Assembly (NCBI GenBank): GCA_963786955.1
Contig: CAWBAT010000004.1
Location: 64,001 to 128,000, forward strand
Direction: 5' to 3'
From: an uncultured Acidimicrobiia bacterium
GTDB lineage: Bacteria > Acidobacteriota > Terriglobia > Versatilivoradales > Versatilivoraceae
DNA: 64,000 nucleotides
Position 1 is the stretch's first letter. Each line of letters begins with the position of its first letter. The translations under genes and the position numbers were made by a program. Positions 1 to 9,500 of this stretch are shown here, one piece after another. Below the pieces are notes generated by a model, which searched no databases, had not been told where the DNA came from, and saw only the letters and a list, made by a program, of their open reading frames with translations.

Positions 1-1065
1 CGCGCGTCTGATTTCACCAGGGATTTCAAAGCCTCTTCGCAAGTAACTCGATGGTTGAATCAAGGGCGGAGGAAACACTGTCTTAGTAATCCCATCAATC
101 AGTTTATCCTTGGACCAGCCCAGTCCTTCTTCGGAGTCCGAAGCGGTAATCTTCGCTTCCCGAGCCAGGTTTCTTCCATTGGATAGGACTTCGATTTCGG
201 ACAAAGCAAAGACAGCGGAATCGCGCCGGTCTAATCTAACCCCTGTTACAGTCAAGCGGAGATAGCGGGCCGTCAATGGCCCCACTTTATTGAGCTGGGC
301 TTCTGCGTGTGGTTCGGGAACATCCATGCTGGTGTGGTCAACCACAGTTCGTGCGTCAGCGAAATCAGCCTGATCGGCTACTTCTACCTTGAACCGTCGA
401 GGGAAAAAGTGCGCATTAGCCTGGGGAGAGTAGTCAAGCATGAGAACAGGGAAAAGCTTTACCGAATCAACCGCTTGTTCGCTGCCGAGATCAAGCACAA
501 TCCATTTTTCGGTCTCTGCTGACTTGACAGACTTGCAATGATAGCCGTAATTTAACATCCGGGCTGCATTAGCCTCAGCTTCGGGACTCACGGCGACTGC
601 AGGATCCCCGATCCATTTGGCACTCCAATCTTTTCGATCGAGCAAACCCATGGACCAAAAAGAAGGCTCACTCCAGGGAGAAGCGTTGTGATCCTGATCC
701 CAGACACGGACCTTCCAAAAACAACGGACTTGACTCGATAACACTTTGCCCGCGTATTCAACGTGGATCGTCTGATCTGAGAGTTGCTGGCCGGTATCCC
801 AGAAGTCTCCTCGATCGATTTCGAGATTCTCCAAATTGCTGGCAACGAGAACCTGGTAAGCCGATTGCTTTTGTCCCCGCTCGATGGGGTTTGAAGCTTT
901 CAATAGCCAGCTGAGCCGTGGCTTCACGGCGTCTATCCCGAGCGGGTTCTCCAGGTACTCACAGCGCAGATGAATGGGGACTATTCCACTACTCGCAGCC
1001 AATAAGGAAAATTGGCAGAAGATCCAAACGATGGTGAACCGCCAGAGGATGAGGAAGGGCTTCAT
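1..1065 (-). CDS. Alpha-L-rhamnosidase (GH78) family protein, N-terminal part, with an inserted F5/8-type C (discoidin)-like domain; runs off the window
   Basis: Manual translation from ATG 1065 (not in the ORF track): signal peptide MKPFLILWRFTIVWIFCQFSLLA, then LRCEYLENPLGIDAVKPRLSW...QSAYQVLVAS...WDTG...FWKVRVWDQ...WSEPSFWSMGLL...WSAKWIG, then WIVLDLGSEQAVDSVKLFP...ARYLRLTVT...ALSEIEVLS, resuming with YLRRGFEI; open to base 1. Confidence 0.85.
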   Translation of the reverse strand, partial: MKPFLILWRFTIVWIFCQFSLLAASSGIVPIHLRCEYLENPLGIDAVKPRLSWLLKASNPIERGQKQSAYQVLVASNLENLEIDRGDFWDTGQQLSDQTIHVEYAGKVLSSQVRCFWKVRVWDQDHNASPWSEPSFWSMGLLDRKDWSAKWIGDPAVAVSPEAEANAARMLNYGYHCKSVKSAETEKWIVLDLGSEQAVDSVKLFPVLMLDYSPQANAHFFPRRFKVEVADQADFADARTVVDHTSMDVPEPHAEAQLNKVGPLTARYLRLTVTGVRLDRRDSAVFALSEIEVLSNGRNLAREAKITASDSEEGLGWSKDKLIDGITKTVFPPPLIQPSSYLRRGFEIPGEIRRA

Positions 1066-1319
1066 GGTTGTTTAGGGAAATTTACCTTTCGAATGTCCCC
1101 TGCGATAGGAGCGTTGCTTAATTTAGTTGAATCGGCATCTCAGTCAAGCAGAATCCAGACTTCGAGAGAAACGGCACATTGATGAAATTCCACTCGCAGG
1201 AATACAGCAATGAAAATCAATAGAACTTAAGCTAACATTACAATTCAAGGTAGGGCCAGATTATTTCTTTCATGTCTCAGCCCTGAACCGGCCTCTTTTC
1301 ACTTCTATAAAGGAATCCT

Positions 1320-4300
1320 ATGACTCTACTGCATCTCTCTCAAAATCGGCGGCAAGAAGCAGCCGGATGGAATTTCCAATTAGGAGTACCTGGATTTCGT
1401 TTTGCGGATCTCAACCGAGTCCGCCGGATAGCTTCTCTGGACGAGATTTTCCGTGAAGAGCTTAAGTTGCATGATCCGGACTTATCTTTGCGCTATGAGG
1501 CCTATCGTGAAGCGGAGGGAGAAAGTTATGACGCTCAAACAGCCTCGGATATCACTCTGCGCGTGGCGCCCTATCTCAATCGTTTTATCGTGAAGCTCTT
1601 CCAGATTGAGGCCGAGTACGCTCAACTCCAGGAACATATATTGTCGGACGGACGAATCTTCGAGTGGAAGAAAAAATACCTGGATAAATATGTTCTCAAG
1701 CAGCGTCCCTCGGGCGACGAACTGGCGCGATGGGATCTTTCGGAACTTGAATTTGACTACCGGTCACTGGTCGATCGGCATTTTTCTCAGGCCTCTTTGG
1801 CCGAGGATCCGGAAGCCGAGTTAGCCGAAGTAGGGTTGATGGTATTGGAAGCCTTGGAAAACGCCAAGGCCCGCCATTCGCCGGAAGAATTGACGGTCGC
1901 CCAAGAAGACCTTCAGTCGATCCAGAAATGGTGCCTGGCCCTGGCCTTCCACCCTTCCCTGAAAAGTCGATCGGAGAAGCACCCTTCGTTGAAGACTCCC
2001 CTTCCCGTGGACTACCAAAATCTCGTTCAAATTGACCGCTGCGATCCACACCTTCCCGAGAAATTTCAAGGGCCGCAGGAGACACGACGCTTTCGCGACG
2101 GATTTAAATTAACGGACCCTCGAATGTCTCCCCGAGAGACGTTGCAGGAAATCTATTATTGCATTTACTGCCATGAACGCGACAAAGACTTTTGCTCAAA
2201 AGGGTATCTGAAGCAAGGCAAGATTCAAACAAATCCACTCGGGATCCGGCTTGATGGTTGCCCATTAGACGAAAAAATCTCAGAGGCCCACCTACTCAAG
2301 CGGCAAGGAGAGGTCATTGGCGCACTGGCCATGATTATGATCGATAATCCCATGTGTGCCGGAACGGGTCATCGGATCTGCAATGATTGTATGAAGTCGT
2401 GCATTTTTCAAAAGCAGACTCCGGTGAACATTCCGCAAATCGAAACCGGGATTCTAACGGATGTATTGAAGCTTCCTTATGGATTTGAAATTTACTCGTT
2501 GCTGACGCGCTGGAACCCGCTGAACGCCAAGCGTCCGGTTCCGCAACGCTACAACGGGAAAAATGTGCTCGTGGTCGGCATGGGTCCCGCCGGCTATACC
2601 CTGGCCCACTACCTTCTCAATGAGGGGTTCGGCGTCGTGGGCATCGATGGATTGCGTATCGAGCCTCTCGCCGGCGATGTCCGTGGATCACGCAAGCGGG
2701 TCCCCAGACCGATTGAGAACATTCAAGACATCATGGCCGAACTGGACGAGCGAACTATCCTCGGTTTTGGAGGTGTTTCCGAATACGGGATTACGGTCCG
2801 ATGGGACAAGAATTTTCTTGATATCAACTACCTGGTCTTGATGCGACGAAAAAAGTTCCGGCTCTTTGATGGGGTGCGTTTTGGAGGCACACTGACCATC
2901 GAGGACGCTTGGCAACTGGGGTTTGATCACATCGCAATTGCAACCGGCGCCGGCAGGCCAACTTTAGTGCCGGTGAAAAATAATGTCTTGAGAGGCATGC
3001 GCCAAGCATCGGATTTTCTGATGGGTCTTCAGGCCTCGGGAGCCTACAAGAAAGACAGTCTCACAAATCTTCAGGTGGACCTGCCTGCGGTTGTGATTGG
3101 CGGCGGATTGACGGCCATCGATACCGCCACAGAGTTGATGGCCTATTACGTCGTCCAGGTCGAAAAGGCATTGGACCGCTACGAGCGGCTGGTCCCCCGG
3201 ATCGGGAAAGACCAAATTTGGGGAAAGCTAGACGAAGAGGAAAAGGAGGTCTTCAAACGATGGCTCGAGCACGGCCGGGCTATTCGGGCGGAACGGGCCG
3301 CCGCAAAAGCCGCAGGGCGTCCTCCTGATTTCGCGCGGCTCGTGCGCTCCTGGGGGGGAGTGACGATTGTCTATCGCAAAAAACTGCAAGATGCTCCCGC
3401 CTACCGGCTGAATCACGAAGAGATTATCAAAGCACTCGAGGAAGGAATCTATTTCACGGAGTTGCTGAGCCCAGTGGAGTGTGTTCCGGATCGCTGGGGT
3501 AAAGTTCAGTCTCTTAAGTTTGAGCGCCAGCGGATTGTGGATGGGAAATATCGCAATACCGGCGAATTGGTAGAATTTCCAGCCCGAACCGTGATGGTCG
3601 CAGCAGGCACTCATCCTAACGTGATCTACGAACGGGAGCATCCGGGAACTTTTACACTCGATCCGGAGGGCGAGTTTTTTCAGGGCTATCGGCTGGACAA
3701 GTCGAATGGTCAGCAGAGACTGGTTCCCTCAAAAGGAGATGAAATCGGATTTTTCACTTCCTACGAGAAGGAAGGCCGCGCCATCACCTTCTATGGAGAT
3801 AACCATCCGGTTTTTGCAGGGAATGTGGTCAAGGCGATGGCCTCGGCAAAGAAAGGCTACCCGGAGATCATGAATTTGTTCCAGGCAGAGGTCGATGCTC
3901 AGACTCTGGAAGAACAGGCAGAACGCGAACAGGCCTGGGTACGCTTCTCTGAGCTGATGGACGATCAATTTCAGGCAAGGGTCGTGGATGCGTTCCGGCT
4001 GACATCCAATATTGTCGAAGTCATTGTGCGCGCACCGATGGCCGCGCGACACTTCGAACCAGGGCAGTTTTTCCGACTTCAGAATTATGACAGTTTTGCG
4101 GAAAAGCCTTCTGGGTTTCATTTGACCATGGAAGGAATTGCTTTGACTGGTGCCTGGGTCGACCGCGAGCGCGGGCTGGTCTCCTTAATTGTTCTCGAAA
4201 TGGGAGGATCGAGCCGTTTGTGTGCCTTGTTGAATCCTGGAGAACCCGTTGTCTTAATGGGACCAAGCGGCACTCCCACGGAAATTCCTGCTGAAGAAAC

Positions 4301-4943
4301 CGTGCTTCTAGCTGGCGGGGGACTCGGGAACGCGGTCCTATTCTCAATTGCATTGGCACTCAGGAAGAAAAACAATCGGGTGATCTATTTTGCAGGATAT
4401 AAGAAAGGGTCCGATCTTTTCAAACGAAAGGAAATCGAAAAAGGGTGTGATCTGGTGATCTGGTCTGTGGATGAAGGAGATCTCATCGAACCACATCGGC
4501 CACAGGACCGTACTTTCAGAGGGAATATTGTCCAAGCCATGCAAGCATACGCTAGAGGCGAGTTAGGCGAGGTGACGATTCCTCTTTGTCATGTGGATCG
4601 CATTTTATCCATTGGCTCCGACCGCATGATGGCCGCGGTAAAGGTGGCTCGAAAAACCGTTCTACAGTCGTATCTACCCGAAAAACACAAGGCAATCGGC
4701 TCGATCAATTCCCCCATGCAATGCATGCTCAAGGAGATTTGTGCTCAATGCCTGCAACGCCACATTGATCCGGAAACGGGGAAGGAGCAGATTATTTTCA
4801 GCTGCTTTAACCAAGATCAACCCCTCGACCTTGTTGACTTCGACCACCTCCACGCCCGTCTTCGCCAGAATTCGGTGGCTGAGAAACTGACATCCTTATG
4901 GATCGATCATCTCTTCGAGCAACGCGAAGTGCAGGAGGTGTAA
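1320..4943 (+). CDS. Large FAD/Fe-S oxidoreductase: GltD/NfnB-like module fused to a C-terminal PyrK/NfnA-like ferredoxin-NAD(P) reductase module
   Basis: CIYCH..C..GCP and C..ICNDC..SC Fe-S motifs; VVGMGPAG and VIGGGLTAIDTA Rossmann motifs; C-terminal FEPGQFFRLQ, LMGPSG, AGGGLGNA and SPMQCMLKEICAQC...C [2Fe-2S]-type motif. Confidence 0.85.
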   Translation: MTLLHLSQNRRQEAAGWNFQLGVPGFRFADLNRVRRIASLDEIFREELKLHDPDLSLRYEAYREAEGESYDAQTASDITLRVAPYLNRFIVKLFQIEAEYAQLQEHILSDGRIFEWKKKYLDKYVLKQRPSGDELARWDLSELEFDYRSLVDRHFSQASLAEDPEAELAEVGLMVLEALENAKARHSPEELTVAQEDLQSIQKWCLALAFHPSLKSRSEKHPSLKTPLPVDYQNLVQIDRCDPHLPEKFQGPQETRRFRDGFKLTDPRMSPRETLQEIYYCIYCHERDKDFCSKGYLKQGKIQTNPLGIRLDGCPLDEKISEAHLLKRQGEVIGALAMIMIDNPMCAGTGHRICNDCMKSCIFQKQTPVNIPQIETGILTDVLKLPYGFEIYSLLTRWNPLNAKRPVPQRYNGKNVLVVGMGPAGYTLAHYLLNEGFGVVGIDGLRIEPLAGDVRGSRKRVPRPIENIQDIMAELDERTILGFGGVSEYGITVRWDKNFLDINYLVLMRRKKFRLFDGVRFGGTLTIEDAWQLGFDHIAIATGAGRPTLVPVKNNVLRGMRQASDFLMGLQASGAYKKDSLTNLQVDLPAVVIGGGLTAIDTATELMAYYVVQVEKALDRYERLVPRIGKDQIWGKLDEEEKEVFKRWLEHGRAIRAERAAAKAAGRPPDFARLVRSWGGVTIVYRKKLQDAPAYRLNHEEIIKALEEGIYFTELLSPVECVPDRWGKVQSLKFERQRIVDGKYRNTGELVEFPARTVMVAAGTHPNVIYEREHPGTFTLDPEGEFFQGYRLDKSNGQQRLVPSKGDEIGFFTSYEKEGRAITFYGDNHPVFAGNVVKAMASAKKGYPEIMNLFQAEVDAQTLEEQAEREQAWVRFSELMDDQFQARVVDAFRLTSNIVEVIVRAPMAARHFEPGQFFRLQNYDSFAEKPSGFHLTMEGIALTGAWVDRERGLVSLIVLEMGGSSRLCALLNPGEPVVLMGPSGTPTEIPAEETVLLAGGGLGNAVLFSIALALRKKNNRVIYFAGYKKGSDLFKRKEIEKGCDLVIWSVDEGDLIEPHRPQDRTFRGNIVQAMQAYARGELGEVTIPLCHVDRILSIGSDRMMAAVKVARKTVLQSYLPEKHKAIGSINSPMQCMLKEICAQCLQRHIDPETGKEQIIFSCFNQDQPLDLVDFDHLHARLRQNSVAEKLTSLWIDHLFEQREVQEV

Positions 4944-5040
4944 CGGAGGTCGGGTTTCGGCCTCACAGACCGCGGGGCCTCGGAGCGGGAGCTCCGCATG
5001 GGCGACAGGCGTCAGATGAAGAAACGAGGCCTGGAATTTT

Positions 5041-5103
5041 GGGTTGAGCTCCGCGAAGCCTCAACGGACCCAATTATAAAGGCGGACTCGTGGAGCTCGA
5101 CCC
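5041..5103. repeat. REP-like imperfect inverted repeat
   Basis: GGGTTGAGCTCCGCGA ... TCGTGGAGCTCGACCC arms in intergenic DNA. Confidence 0.5.
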
Positions 5104-5133
5104 TTATAGTTGCCTCATGTTTGGAAGAAAGAG

Positions 5134-5169
5134 TCGCTCATCTGATGGAGGAATCCATCAGATGAGCGA
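5134..5169. repeat. Perfect 16-bp hairpin with a GGAA loop (REP-like or regulatory)
   Basis: TCGCTCATCTGATGGA-GGAA-TCCATCAGATGAGCGA, about 40 nt upstream of the AKR start; no U-tract. Confidence 0.7.
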
Positions 5170-5211
5170 GAACAGATTGATGGCATTGGGCGGGGAAAAT
5201 CGGTAACCGTA

Positions 5212-6105
5212 ATGGATCTAACATCGACTCTTACGCTCAATAATGGGATTCAGATTCCAATCCTTGGACTAGGCGTTCACGGTGTAATTCCTGGACTGGA
5301 GACGGAACGAACTGTCTCTGTCGCGCTTCAAACCGGGTACCGGCTCATCGATACAGCTCGTTCTTACAAAAACGAGAAAGAGGTTGGGAACGCTGTGCGG
5401 GCCAGCAGGATTCCGCGGAAAGAGCTTTTCATCACGACCAAGCTTCTTTATGATGATCACGGCTTTGGCTACGATGCAACTTTGCGGGCCTTTGACAAAA
5501 GTCTCCATGAACTAGGGCTCGACTATCTGGATCTTTACCTGATCCATTGGCCGAGGAAAGGCCGTCCGTGGGCTGATTACTCATTCATTAGAAAAACGTC
5601 GAAGTTATTGGGTAGACCGATTCCAGGTTCTCGTTTGGAGACCTGGAAAGCATTTGAGAGAATTCTTGCCACCGGGCGATGCAAGGCCATAGGAGTCAGC
5701 AACTACACGATTCGTCATCTGGAAGAACTGCTGTCTGTATCAACGGTTGTGCCTGCAGTTAACCAAGTTGAATTCACTCCATTTTGTTATCAACAGGAGC
5801 TTCTCGAATTCTGCCGAAAGCATGGGATTCAGCTTCAAGCATACAGTCCACTCACGCGTGGGCAGCGTTTGAACGATCCAAAGATCGTGAAACTCGCCGC
5901 CCAATATCGATGTTCATCAGCCCAGTTGTTGATCCGCTGGGTCATCCAGCATGACGCCGTCGCCATCCCTAAAGCCACCAACCCAATGCACATCAGAGAA
6001 AACGCTAAAGTGTTTGACTTCTCTCTCACGGATGCGGACATGAACACGCTCAACAGTTTGAACGAGAACCTCCATCTTTCCTGGGATCCGACGAACGTGG
6101 CGTAG
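5212..6105 (+). CDS. Aldo/keto reductase (AKR5/2,5-DKG reductase-like)
   Basis: LNNGIQIPILGLG, GYRLIDTARSYKNE, FITTKL, LDYLDLYLIHWP, AIGVSNY, VNQVEF, AYSPL, AIPKA motifs. Confidence 0.95.
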   Translation: MDLTSTLTLNNGIQIPILGLGVHGVIPGLETERTVSVALQTGYRLIDTARSYKNEKEVGNAVRASRIPRKELFITTKLLYDDHGFGYDATLRAFDKSLHELGLDYLDLYLIHWPRKGRPWADYSFIRKTSKLLGRPIPGSRLETWKAFERILATGRCKAIGVSNYTIRHLEELLSVSTVVPAVNQVEFTPFCYQQELLEFCRKHGIQLQAYSPLTRGQRLNDPKIVKLAAQYRCSSAQLLIRWVIQHDAVAIPKATNPMHIRENAKVFDFSLTDADMNTLNSLNENLHLSWDPTNVA

Positions 6106-6254
6106 CCTTTCGCTCATCGCTTAGGAAGAAGCCAAGTAGCAAGGAAAAGCAATCATTGGTGGGATGCGTTCTGGCCAGCATACGACGACACCTCTGTTCC
6201 TGGTATCCTAATGGCTGATGCCCGCAATGATCGGGAAAAAGGTTGTAAAGTGGG

Positions 6255-6284
6255 TTGCCAAGACCTGTTTTGAGTCGTTATACT
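6255..6284 (+). promoter_or_regulatory. Candidate sigma70 promoter for the giant TPR-VWA operon
   Basis: TTGCCA-N18-TATACT. Confidence 0.4.
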
Positions 6285-6568
6285 AAGCACATTTGACACA
6301 TATTTCTATTTTGCTCGGTTTGGAGTAAGTTAGGGAATAAGCTTCGAGTCTCTCCGTGAGTGTCGGCCTAAACACGGGGGCATGAGGGGGCTGGGGTGTC
6401 TGTAACCGCAGTAGGGTTAATGGGGCTACAGATATCCTTTAAGGGAATCTGCTACTTTTAGCTAATCATTCGCTTAGAGTTTTTCCCATGTCGAGAATAA
6501 AAGAATTAGCAGCGGAGTACGAAGCCTTGCAAAAGGCCGGGTTGGTCATCCAACTCAAGAGGAAGAAG

Positions 6569-9500
6569 ATGTCGGTGCGACTCTTCAATCTCTTCTTGTT
6601 CTCTTCTTTTCTTATTTTTGTCATGGGCCAAGGAGTCCAAGCGAATCCGACGCCAGAGAAGGATTCGACCGACCTTTCGCATGCTTCGAGTACGGCTTCA
6701 GCCGATGCGGTGATGATTCAGATCGCTACATTGGTTAAGCGCGGCCTTTTGAACGAAGCTGAAGCTCAGCTTGAACAGCTTTATGCGGAAAACCTCGATT
6801 CACCTTCTATCCATCTACTGAGAGCAGACGTGTTAACCAAACTTGGCCGGCCAGCCGAGGCCAGAAAAGCTCTCGAAATCGCTTACAAGTTTACTCCCGA
6901 CAATGTGGAGGTCTTAAAAAGAGTAGCGGCTAGTCGCGACGCTTATGCGTATCAAGCGGCGGTAGTTTATGAGGAGCTAGCAAAGAAACTCGAAAATGAG
7001 CATGCCTCCCCATCCGACGTCCATGAAGCATTGGATCGCGGTATGGTGGTCGCTATCAGGGATGGAGAGTCGGCGATGGCATTGCGTCTTTCTGAAAAAC
7101 TGCGTGCACATGGTCGCCCTGTCATCTTGCAATCGCCTCCAAATCAGGATTCCAGTTCCGCTGACATGCTTGAGATTCCGGGAGGGATTAAGGCTTTGGC
7201 ACGGATGACAGGAATGCAAGATCCCAAGAAAGCCGACACTTTTCTTACTCAATACGCGGAACGACTGGTCCGGTTGCATGACAAGGCCGATTATTCCGAG
7301 TCGTTACAGACATTTCGAAGTTTGCATGAATATTTCAAGATCGTCATCGAACTGCAGTCTCTGACGGCCAGCAGCAATAAAGGTCTGGAAGTCTTCCTCG
7401 ATTCCCATGATAAACCCGCTCAGGAGCGTAGCGAAAGGATACTCTTCTTATTGGGATGGCAGATTAAGAGACAGGGCACACGTCGGGTGGTGGAACAAGA
7501 TGATCGGCAGCTCCTAGCGTACCGCAAGAAAGTTGCCGAGGCGCTGGGCGTCAACGGAGATGAGTTGAAAGCCGCTCTGGAATCAGGAAAGCCATTCACT
7601 GTGAACGTGCATTCCGAACAAGTGCCTGTCCAAATTAGTAACAACTATTGGATAAACGGACTCTTGAATGGAACTCGCATACGAGGAGGTTTGGCGGAAG
7701 CTTTTCTGGATACATTACCGGTAGCGTATCTTTATGTCGCTCTCAGCAAACTCAGCAAAGAAACGCAGATTCAAATTACACAAGCGCTTAACCCGAAGAC
7801 ATTGCTCAAAGAGCATTGGAGAACCCTCTATCTTTATGGAGGGGCTTTGAATATTGACAACACTCAAGTAGAAACCCCTGGGGGGGGGCAGGCTGCGGAA
7901 GCATGGGAACATTTGGTCGGTGCTGACCGCCGTAAAATAAGCTCCTTCCTGAATGCGCTCCTTTCGAAGGATGCCGGCAGACTCATGGCCTTCTATTATG
8001 TTATGGCTGGACTTCCCTCGGTGAACCAGCAGTTTTTCACTCGAAGCCCGCGACAGCTGGAAACTTTCTATAGGGCCTTTGCCTCACCGGGAAAGGGTTT
8101 ACATGGTGCCGATACTTTTTTGCGCAGAAACACGGTCTTTTATGACGTGGCACGCGAAATGCCGTTGAATGACGGTGGGGCTGTCCAGTTTCCAGGTGGC
8201 AGCAGCGTCTGGAAAATGCGCCGGTCGGATGCGAAGAAATCTGAAACGGTTCCAATCCCGAGCGAGATGAGAAGCCCTGAGGAGAAAAATGCCGATTCGC
8301 CCGTAAATGTTGCCACACTCAAGAAGACAGAGGAAAGTAAGGCCAGCCCTTTCCCTTCCGCTGATTCATTGAAGAGAGTCGATGTCCAGGAAAGTAGTCC
8401 AATCCCATCGGTTGATACGCTCGAGAAAGAGGATAAGAAGGAAAACAGCTCTTCAGCATCGGTGGATTCGCTGGAGAAAGAGGATGAGAAGGGAAGCACT
8501 CCTTCCCCATCCGTTGATTCGCTGAAAGAAGTCAGCACCCCGGGAAGTAATTCTTCCCCCTCAGTGAATCGGCTGAAGAAATTCGATGAAAATGAAAGGG
8601 ATCCGTTCCCCTCCATCAATAAACTAAAGAAAGTCGAAATACAGGAAAGCATTTCTGTTAAGCCCATTAATTCGTTGAAGAAAACATTCGTAAAAGAAAG
8701 CACGCCCTCCCCCGTTGTCGATTCGATGAAGAAAGTCGATGTACCAGTAAGTAATCTTTTTCCGGCCGTTGATTCGTTAAAAAAAGTCGATGAGAGGGAG
8801 AGCCCTCCTCTGCCTGTCACTCGTATACGGAAGGACGGGGAAGGACAACAGGAATCAGAGACAAAAATACTTACCGAAATGTTTTCTACCCGGGATGAAA
8901 CCGGTATACAGACTCCCACTCGCCTCGAAGCATTCCTGAGCGTTGTTCGCCTGGAAAAGCACTGGGGCCATAAACTGGATGAGTCATCGGTTTCTTTATT
9001 GTTAGAGAACTATATCGATCATAGGGAAATTTTTCCTTATCTGGCCTCTTTGCCACCGCTTGGGACCCATCAACTACAGGAATTCTTTCAGGCGGTCAGG
9101 AATCTGGATTCCTTAAAGAGTTCAGAGCTTGCCCTCATTGTGGGTGACTTCCAATGCTTCCTGAAACTTCTCTCTCTGCTTTATGAAAATGGAGCTGTTC
9201 AAGAAAGCCAGGCTTCCTTGCTCCTGGAGAATCTTTGTCAGCGGTTTGCCACAGCCACAACCAATACCGAATTCGCCCGGTCGAGCTTCCTGGTCCTGGA
9301 AGGTCTAAAGAGGATTCTCCAATCTGCTCCCGCAGCGATAGAGAATGAAAAATCACCCATCCCTCCGTCGGCAGATGGCACTCGCCCGGGCCTGAGTACT
9401 CCGGCTGAAACGACGAATCATACCTTCGATGAGTTACTCTTTGAAGCCTTGGCTGGCGTATCGAATATCACTCGGGTCCAACTCGATGGATCAGAAATTG

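Noticed and set aside
8140-8919. 259-aa antisense ORF over the repeat region
   Set aside because: A shadow of the 51-bp repeats on the coding strand, with no independent features.
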